A stretch of DNA of 64,000 bases. Source: Anaerolineae bacterium. GTDB lineage: Bacteria; Chloroflexota; Anaerolineae; B4-G1; DUEL01. Positions 18,408 through 24,991 of this stretch are shown here, piece after piece. The notes under the pieces were generated by a model that worked only from the letters and a program-made list of their open reading frames with translations, did not search any database and had not been told where the DNA came from. Numbering within the stretch: the stretch's first letter is position 1; every line of letters begins with the position of its first letter. The stretch lies in contig JASFWK010000002.1 of the NCBI GenBank assembly GCA_050049355.1, positions 3,412 through 67,411 of the forward strand. The letters are read 5' to 3'. The translations under genes were made by a program, and so were the position numbers.

Positions 18408-20285
18408 CTACTCTCCCTTGAACTCCGGCTTCCTTCGCTCCAGGAATGCCGTCATTCCTTCCTTCTGATCCTCAGTGCCAAAGGTCGAAACCACAGCCTC
18501 CAATTCGAAGGCCAGACCGTCATCCAGGCCTCTCTGCAGCGCCTGATTGATGGCTTTCTTGGCTTTCGCCACGGCGACCGGTCCCTGCCTGGCGATGCGT
18601 TCCGCCAGTCGCAGCGCCTCCGTCATCAGCTGCTGGGGCGACACCACTCGGTTGACCAGCCCGATGTTCTCCGCTTCGCCAGCGCTGATCTGACCGCCGG
18701 TGAAGATCAACTCACACGCTCGGCCCTTGCCGATCAACCGCGTCGCCCGCTGCGTTCCACCGAGGCCGGGGAAGATCCCCAGACCCACCTCCGGGAAGCC
18801 CAACCGTGCCTCGGTCGAAGCCAGGCGAATATCGCAGGCCAATGCCAGCTCCAGCCCCCCACCCAACGCGAAGCCGTTAATGGCAGCAATGACTGGTTTC
18901 TCCAGCCTCTCAATATCGTTCATCACCCCCTGCCCAAAGATAGTGAACTGCCGAATTTGGTCCCGATCTTTGGCCAGCATTGCCCGGATGTCCGCCCCAG
19001 CGACAAAGGCTGGTCCCACCCCAGTGATAACCACCGCCCGCACCGTCGGATCGTCTCGCACCCCCGCGATGGCCTCCTTGAGCTCTCGCAGCACTTTCTC
19101 GTTCAGAGCGTTCATCGCCTGCGGTCTGCTCATGGTGATGGTGGCAATGCCGTCTTCCACGTCCAGTTTCACGTCCCGCAGCACCCAAGACGCGCCCGCT
19201 TTGACCTGCTTGGCCATGAGCTCCGGAACGGTGAACGCTTCGTACCGTGCAGCCAACTGCTCCACCAGTTCCAGCGCCCGGTCCAGACCGAGATCGTTCA
19301 TCATCCCAAAGGGTCCCCGCGCCCAGCGCAGCCCAACCAGCGCTCCCCGGTCGGTGTCCTCGACGCTGGTCACACCCTCCTCCACCAGCTGCGCAGCTAC
19401 GCCGAAGACAACGCCCAGCAATCGCCCGCCGACCTCCTCCTTGGCTGCCTCGTCGACCTCCCCCTCCAGTTCCCACTCCCGCCCGGCTTCAAACTGAGCA
19501 GCCAGGGCGGCAGCAGGAGCGTAGAACTCACCCAGCTCCTGGGCCAACGAGCTGGCCGAGTGGTAGGCGATGGGGATACCGGTGGCATTCATCAGCGCAA
19601 ACGGCCCCATACCGATGCGGAAGGTCTCGCGGGCGGCCTCGTCGATCGTGGGGATGTTTGCCAAGCCCTCATCCAACATTCGCGCCGCCTCATTCAGCCA
19701 AGGGACAAAGAAGCGGTTGACAGCAAAGCCCGGCGCATCCCCGACCACGATAGGAACCTTGCCCGTGGCACGCCCAAAGACCAGCAGTGTCTCCAACACC
19801 TCGGCGGCGGTCTCCTCAGCTTCGACGATCTCGAGCAGCTGGTTGATGACGGGAGGATAGAAGTAGTGAAGTCCAGCGACTCTCTCCGGCCGGCCCGTAG
19901 CAGCCGCCATCTCAGCGATGGAAAGGGACGAAGTGTTACTCGCGAAGATCGTATCCGCGTGACAGAGGCGATCCAGGCTTCCAAACAACTCCTGCTTGGC
20001 CTGCAGATCCTCGAAGATGGCCTCGATCACCAGATCGCAGTCGGCCAAATCAGCCAGATCGGTCGTGCCGCTGATGCACGCCCAGGTCGCGTCTCGCCTG
20101 GCCTGAGTCAGCTTGTTCTTCGCCACTCCCTTGTCCAGGAAAGCGCTGATGCGACCCAGCCCCTTCTCCAGCAGCTCCTCGTCTAATTCGCGCACGATGG
20201 TGTCGTAGCCTGCCTGGGCCGCGACCTGGGCAATGCCTGCCCCCATCAGGCCGCACCCGATTACTCCCACTTTCTTGATGGCCAT
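18408..20285 (-). CDS. bifunctional 3-hydroxyacyl-CoA dehydrogenase / enoyl-CoA hydratase
   Basis: 625 aa. The N-terminal NAD-binding HAD domain has VGVIGCGLMGAGIA. The C-terminal crotonase domain has NALN...VVITGVGPAFVAGADI...INGFALGGGLELALACD. Confidence 0.9.
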   Translation of the reverse strand: MAIKKVGVIGCGLMGAGIAQVAAQAGYDTIVRELDEELLEKGLGRISAFLDKGVAKNKLTQARRDATWACISGTTDLADLADCDLVIEAIFEDLQAKQELFGSLDRLCHADTIFASNTSSLSIAEMAAATGRPERVAGLHYFYPPVINQLLEIVEAEETAAEVLETLLVFGRATGKVPIVVGDAPGFAVNRFFVPWLNEAARMLDEGLANIPTIDEAARETFRIGMGPFALMNATGIPIAYHSASSLAQELGEFYAPAAALAAQFEAGREWELEGEVDEAAKEEVGGRLLGVVFGVAAQLVEEGVTSVEDTDRGALVGLRWARGPFGMMNDLGLDRALELVEQLAARYEAFTVPELMAKQVKAGASWVLRDVKLDVEDGIATITMSRPQAMNALNEKVLRELKEAIAGVRDDPTVRAVVITGVGPAFVAGADIRAMLAKDRDQIRQFTIFGQGVMNDIERLEKPVIAAINGFALGGGLELALACDIRLASTEARLGFPEVGLGIFPGLGGTQRATRLIGKGRACELIFTGGQISAGEAENIGLVNRVVSPQQLMTEALRLAERIARQGPVAVAKAKKAINQALQRGLDDGLAFELEAVVSTFGTEDQKEGMTAFLERRKPEFKGE

Positions 20286-20336
20286 TATCGCTCCTCCCCT
20301 GACGACAGTCAGCTGGCTAAGCTCTCCATCTACCGT

Positions 20337-21170
20337 CTACTGAGCACTCTCTAACCCCAGAATTCGTGCCGCGGTGCCCCCCAGGATCTGCTCCTTTGCC
20401 TCCTCCTTGAGCGGCAACCCACGTATAATCTCGATGTTGCGACCGATGTGCGGCATCCCCGGCCAGTCGGAGCCGAAGACAACCTTGTCCGCCACTCGCT
20501 CCAGCTCCGGAAAGTAGTCCATCAGCTTCTGCGGCGGCAAGCCCGAGATCTCCATGTAGACATTGGCGTGCAGCTTGGCCAGGAAGTAGGCCCGGTCGTA
20601 CCAGAAACCCCGCCCGCTGTGTACCATCAGCAGCGTCAGGTCAGGGAAATCCACCGCCACGTCGTCGATGTACAGGGGATCACCGTACTTGAGGCGCGCC
20701 CCACGGAAGACGGAGGATCCTGTGTGGATCATCACCGGCACCCCGAGTTCCTGAGCCTTGGCGTAGAGCGGGTAGAGCCGACTGTCGTTGGCGTAGAAGT
20801 GCTGGTACGTGGGATAGAGCTTCATACCCCGGAACCCCATCTCCGTCACATAATACTCCAGCTCTTCGGCAAGGTCAGCCACCAGAAAGGGGTTGATGTT
20901 GCAGAAAGGGATGAGACAGTCTATGTCTCGACAGAGCTCAGCCACCCCCTCGTTGCTCATCGTTCCCGTGGTGATGGGACTGAGTTCAGCCAGCGCCACG
21001 GCGTAGTCCACACCGTTCTCGCGGAGGTAGGGCACGATCCCGTCCGGCGTCAGCACGCTCTTGACGAATGCCTCCGGGTCCGCGATCTGCGTCTTCATCC
21101 ACTCGATGACCCAGGGATGCAGTTCGTGGTACAGACCGGCGTGGATGTGAAAGTCTACCACCAATCCCAC
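20337..21170 (-). CDS. amidohydrolase-2 family metal-dependent hydrolase or decarboxylase (TIM barrel)
   Basis: 277 aa with N-terminal DFHIH, internal MIHTG, MVHSG and GSDWP motifs typical of the PF04909-type amidohydrolase_2 family. Confidence 0.75.
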   Translation of the reverse strand: MGLVVDFHIHAGLYHELHPWVIEWMKTQIADPEAFVKSVLTPDGIVPYLRENGVDYAVALAELSPITTGTMSNEGVAELCRDIDCLIPFCNINPFLVADLAEELEYYVTEMGFRGMKLYPTYQHFYANDSRLYPLYAKAQELGVPVMIHTGSSVFRGARLKYGDPLYIDDVAVDFPDLTLLMVHSGRGFWYDRAYFLAKLHANVYMEISGLPPQKLMDYFPELERVADKVVFGSDWPGMPHIGRNIEIIRGLPLKEEAKEQILGGTAARILGLESAQ

Positions 21171-21300
21171 GTCTGACGGTCCTTCCTCTCTAGGTCCTAA
21201 GTACAGCGCTCACGCTCACCAACTCGTCCGAGGAGCCACACGGGACCTCGCGCCCAACCAGCGATCCTGCGTTCGCCCTCCGCCAACAAGAGCTCACAGA

Positions 21301-22413
21301 CTATCCAAAGTCCGGCGTCAGGACAACGCGCCGTGTGAGCTTGCCAGCGTGTGCTTCCTCAAAGACCTCTTGGATCTCGCTCATCGGTCGGGTCTCTACG
21401 AAGGGCTCGATCTCGATGTGCCCACCCAGCACCAACTCCAGGGCGGCCGGATAGTGCTTGGGCAAGCAGCCCCAGGTCCCGATGATCTCGGCGTCAAAAG
21501 CCATAAGCCGCGAGAGGCAATACTCATTGACGTCGGTAGAGAACCCAATCCAGACCAGCTTGCCGACGAAGGACAACAAGCCAAGGGAGATCTCCTGACC
21601 CGCCTTAGCCCCAGTTACCTCAAAGATCGTCCAGCCGAATCTGTGTGGCAGTCCTTGCCCCTTGCATAAGGCACGGAACTCATTCCGCACCTCCTTGGCA
21701 CTCTTGCCAGCCGAGTTGATAACATAGTCAGCGCCGTACTCCAGCATTCGTTCCAGCTTCTCCTGGCTGATGTCGACGCCGATCACCGTCCCAGCCCCAA
21801 ATGCCTTGGCCATCTGGACGACGTACGTACCGACGCCGCCGGCCGCTCCGACGACGACCACCCGATCACCCGGCTGCAGGTCGGCGCGGATGGCCGCCTG
21901 ATACGGAGTCGTGATGGCGTCGGCCACAACCGCCAGCCGCTCCAAAGGCATGTCGCCTCGGCCTTCGACGACGCACAGGTCTGCTGCGGGCACGGGGATG
22001 TGACTTGAGAAGCCGCCGTAGGTACCAAGACTGTTGCCCGGCATCTTCTGCGCCAGACAGCGGTTGCCCCGGCCAGCCGCACAGATGGGACAATCGTTGC
22101 AGGGCATCACCGCCGGGACGATGACCTCCTTGCCGACCCAGCTCTCCTCCCCAGCCACAACGCGGCCGCTGATCTCATGTCCCAGGGTCAGAGGGGGATC
22201 GCTCACCGTGGGCACCCCGTGGTAGAAGTAGCTCAGGTCGGTATGACATACGCCACAGCCAGCGATCTCGATCAGCACCTCGCCGGGCCGCAGTTCTGGC
22301 ACCGGAACCGTCGCGCGCGCTAACTTCCCAGGCGTCTTCTCGCCCGTCTCCCTATCCCTCGTCCAGGGCTGCACCATCTGCCACGTCTGAATTGCGTCAG
22401 GTCTGCCTGCCAT
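21301..22413 (-). CDS. had: Zn-dependent MDR alcohol dehydrogenase, probable 6-hydroxycyclohex-1-ene-1-carbonyl-CoA dehydrogenase
   Basis: 370 aa with GCGVCHTDL zinc motif, structural-Zn cysteines (CNDCPICAAGRGNRC) and GAAGGVG Rossmann fold. Lies immediately downstream of oah, as in benzoyl-CoA pathway clusters. The specific function is inferred from context. Confidence 0.7.
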   Translation of the reverse strand: MAGRPDAIQTWQMVQPWTRDRETGEKTPGKLARATVPVPELRPGEVLIEIAGCGVCHTDLSYFYHGVPTVSDPPLTLGHEISGRVVAGEESWVGKEVIVPAVMPCNDCPICAAGRGNRCLAQKMPGNSLGTYGGFSSHIPVPAADLCVVEGRGDMPLERLAVVADAITTPYQAAIRADLQPGDRVVVVGAAGGVGTYVVQMAKAFGAGTVIGVDISQEKLERMLEYGADYVINSAGKSAKEVRNEFRALCKGQGLPHRFGWTIFEVTGAKAGQEISLGLLSFVGKLVWIGFSTDVNEYCLSRLMAFDAEIIGTWGCLPKHYPAALELVLGGHIEIEPFVETRPMSEIQEVFEEAHAGKLTRRVVLTPDFG

Positions 22414-22446
22414 CTTCTGGCCTCCCCTCTCGTCTACCCTGTGCGC

Positions 22447-23577
22447 CTACTCCTTCGGCTCGGCCAACACCTCGGCGAAGAAGTCTTCGTCCACCGTGCG
22501 CCCTTCGGCGATCAGCTGACGGTACTTGATGAAGTCAATAGTGTCCTGACCAGTGATCTTCCTGGTGTTGAAGGCATGGAACCCCAGGAACGCCTCGTTC
22601 GACATGTTGGCCATCAGCCAGTGACGGTAGTAATCCTTACCCATGTCCCAGAAGAGTCTCTTCTTCGCCCTGATGGAATCTATGGACATCTGCAGGCAGT
22701 GAGGGAAGAGATTAGTGAAGGTCCACAGCATCTCGTCTATGGCCTTGTCCACCAGTTCGAAGTCAATCGTCGCCTCCTTGACAAACTGGCGTGCCTGCTG
22801 GTACGCCTCCCCGGTCTTGTACTCGCCGTAGACAATCTCGCCATTGCTGACGTAGTCCTCGGTGATCACCATGGGGTTCCGAACCCACTCGCCGTCGTGC
22901 TTGATCACCGGGATCACCTTGCTGACGTATCCCTTGCGGAGCATCTTGTAGGCACTCCACAGCTCACAGGAAATGCAGTTCCACATTGCGTCCTCAATCG
23001 TCAGGAACCAGGGCAAGAAATCAGTGGAGCCGCCCACGGGCGCCGAACCGTGTCGCGGTCCGGCCTGACCGAAGACAGCCAGATCTGAGGCGATGGCCAA
23101 GTCACAGGCGCCGCCAATCTCCTGACCGCCGGCCACGCGCATTCCGTTCACCCTGCAGATGACGGGCTTCTTGGCACCCAGGATACTGTCCACCATGGCG
23201 TTGAAGAGATCCATGTAAAGAGCGTACTCGGTGGGCCGCGCACTGTAGTACTCGGCGTACTCCTTCGTATTGCCGCCCGTGCAGAAAGCCCGGTCGCCCA
23301 CTCCGGTGAAGACGATCGCCACGACACTGCGGTCCATTGAGGCCCGCTTCATGCCGGCGATGACCCCCTTCACCATCTCGGTCGTATAGGAGTTGTATTG
23401 TCGAGGGTTGTTCAGCCACACCCAGGCCGAGTACAGCCCCTCAACAGGATCGCCCTCTGGATCGACGATGGGCTTCTTCTCATATGTCACGCAGGGGGGT
23501 TCGGTCCCGAGAAACTCGCCTCCTCCCACATCGTGATCCTTCAGTTCATCATCTCTTGGCAGCCATTCGAGACCCAT
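22447..23577 (-). CDS. oah: 6-oxocyclohex-1-ene-1-carbonyl-CoA hydrolase (ring-cleaving crotonase; Oah/BamA/BzdY type)
   Basis: 376 aa, unusually long for a crotonase. Contains blocks I recognise from BamA/Oah proteins: NNPRQYNSYTT, FTGVGDRAFCTGGNTKEYAEYY, RVNGMRVAGGQEIG, FGQAGPRHGSAPVGGSTDFLP and EAFLGFHAFN. Confidence 0.85.
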   Translation of the reverse strand: MGLEWLPRDDELKDHDVGGGEFLGTEPPCVTYEKKPIVDPEGDPVEGLYSAWVWLNNPRQYNSYTTEMVKGVIAGMKRASMDRSVVAIVFTGVGDRAFCTGGNTKEYAEYYSARPTEYALYMDLFNAMVDSILGAKKPVICRVNGMRVAGGQEIGGACDLAIASDLAVFGQAGPRHGSAPVGGSTDFLPWFLTIEDAMWNCISCELWSAYKMLRKGYVSKVIPVIKHDGEWVRNPMVITEDYVSNGEIVYGEYKTGEAYQQARQFVKEATIDFELVDKAIDEMLWTFTNLFPHCLQMSIDSIRAKKRLFWDMGKDYYRHWLMANMSNEAFLGFHAFNTRKITGQDTIDFIKYRQLIAEGRTVDEDFFAEVLAEPKE

Positions 23578-23636
23578 TCTCCTTCTCCTTTCGTTGACAT
23601 CTACTAGTAGTTGTCGACCAAATCCTTGCCAGCTCC

Positions 23637-24080
23637 TCAGGCACTGCCCTCCGTTGGTGGATTGGACTCGAACCTGGCGACTGCCTCTCGCAGCTCGTCG
23701 GGCACGCGGACGGGTCGCTCCGTCTCGGTGTCCACCGCCACGGCGACGATCTCGCCCGTCGCAATCAATTCCTCCGATGGCTGCCTGTAGATGGCGAACT
23801 CGAAAGTGAAGCTGGTGTTGCCGATGCTGCCGATACGGGTATGCACGTGCAGCAAGTCATCGAAGTGTGCCCGCCCTCTATACTGACAGCTCGCCTTGGC
23901 GTAGAACATGTCCACACCGGAGGCCACCATCTCCGGATAGGGATACCCGATGGCCCGCGTGTACTCAATCAATCCGACGTCGAAGTAGGTCAGGTAATGG
24001 CTGAAGAAGACGTGCCCCTGGGCATCCACCTCAACGTACCGTACGCGGAGTGGATAGTAGAAGTCATACCTCTGGCTCAC
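23637..24080 (-). CDS. hotdog-fold acyl-CoA thioesterase (4HBT/YbgC type)
   Basis: Core YPLRVRYVEVDAQGHVFFSHYLTYFD matches the 4HBT family. A GTG at 24080 with a GGGGA RBS lies 4 nt after the upstream stop and gives about 147 aa. The longer track ORF (to 24149) would overlap the upstream gene. Confidence 0.75.
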   Translation of the reverse strand: MSQRYDFYYPLRVRYVEVDAQGHVFFSHYLTYFDVGLIEYTRAIGYPYPEMVASGVDMFYAKASCQYRGRAHFDDLLHVHTRIGSIGNTSFTFEFAIYRQPSEELIATGEIVAVAVDTETERPVRVPDELREAVARFESNPPTEGSA

Positions 24081-24084
24081 GCTC

Positions 24085-24318
24085 TTATCCCCTGGGTCTG
24101 GTGTAGATGACCACGTACCTATCGCAGGCCGCCAGGAGGCAAGCAGCACACTCCTCGGCTATTGTCGGTCCGGGCATCACAGACTCCACTCGCACCTCGT
24201 CGCCCAACGACTCGTACAGTTCAACATACTCGTCCGCCCGCTCGGCCTCAATGGTAAACTGGCGAGTCCAACCCTGAGCCTCTAGCTCCTGTGCAAGATC
24301 CGTTCGCCCTTCATCCAT
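24085..24318 (-). CDS. small hypothetical protein (77 aa) with CAAC-x4-C motif
   Basis: The ATG at 24318 is preceded by GGGAG. Tight 4-nt spacing to the thioesterase gene. No family recognised. Confidence 0.45.
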   Translation of the reverse strand: MDEGRTDLAQELEAQGWTRQFTIEAERADEYVELYESLGDEVRVESVMPGPTIAEECAACLLAACDRYVVIYTRPRG

Positions 24319-24386
24319 GCGTTCTCCCGCCGTCAACCGATTGGTTGACCGTTCGGCCCAGCCAACTGGCCGGCGAGCCAGCTAGT

Positions 24387-24479
24387 ACTTGATCACTGAG
24401 ATTCTGATTTGTTGAAAGCTGCTCTTTACGCCTGCCTGTGAGAAATTCGCATATCAGAATCCGTATGATCAAGTGCTAG
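24387..24479. repeat. 93-bp A/T-richer palindromic intergenic element, copy 2
   Basis: Same length and orientation as copy 1. The extended inverted ends CTAGTACTTGATCA...TGATCAAGTGCTAG again contain the TAG stop (24476-24478) of the upstream minus-strand gene. Confidence 0.85.
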
Positions 24480-24982
24480 TCCAGCCGAAGCTCCAAGCTC
24501 ACCACCTTGGCTGGCGCAAAGCCGACTCTCTCGAAGAAGCGCAGCAAGTCCCAATCATTCCATCCGACCCGCGTGGTGATGGATTGGACGCCGATCTTGC
24601 GCAAGTGCGAGGCGAACTCCTGAAACAACGTGGCACCGACGCCCTGTCCCTGGTAGGCCGGGTCCACCCCAATCGTGTCAATCGTCGCCGTGGTCTCCGG
24701 CACGCCGAACTCACCCAGATAGACCTCGCCCATGATGAACCCGACCACTCTCCCTTCCACCTCGATGACCAGTGACGCAACCAACTGGCGGGTCTCATCC
24801 AGAGCCAGAGCCAGCTTTCGCTCGTAGTACTCAGGGCGTCGCCGGCCAAAGACCTGGGCGTCGATGTCCACCACAGCCTCGAGATCCCCTGGCCGCATCA
24901 CGCGAATCTGCGGTTCCCGCGGTATCACCTTTTCCGACACTGTAGACCTCCTCACCTTCGCCGTCTGCCGGCTACCGACCAC
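24476..24982 (-). CDS. GNAT-family N-acetyltransferase
   Basis: 168 aa with acetyl-CoA-binding motif A (IGVDPAYQGQGVGATLF) and a C-terminal GF..A segment. The true start may be internal. Confidence 0.8.
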   Translation of the reverse strand: MVGSRQTAKVRRSTVSEKVIPREPQIRVMRPGDLEAVVDIDAQVFGRRRPEYYERKLALALDETRQLVASLVIEVEGRVVGFIMGEVYLGEFGVPETTATIDTIGVDPAYQGQGVGATLFQEFASHLRKIGVQSITTRVGWNDWDLLRFFERVGFAPAKVVSLELRLD

Positions 24983-24991
24983 TATCCCCTG

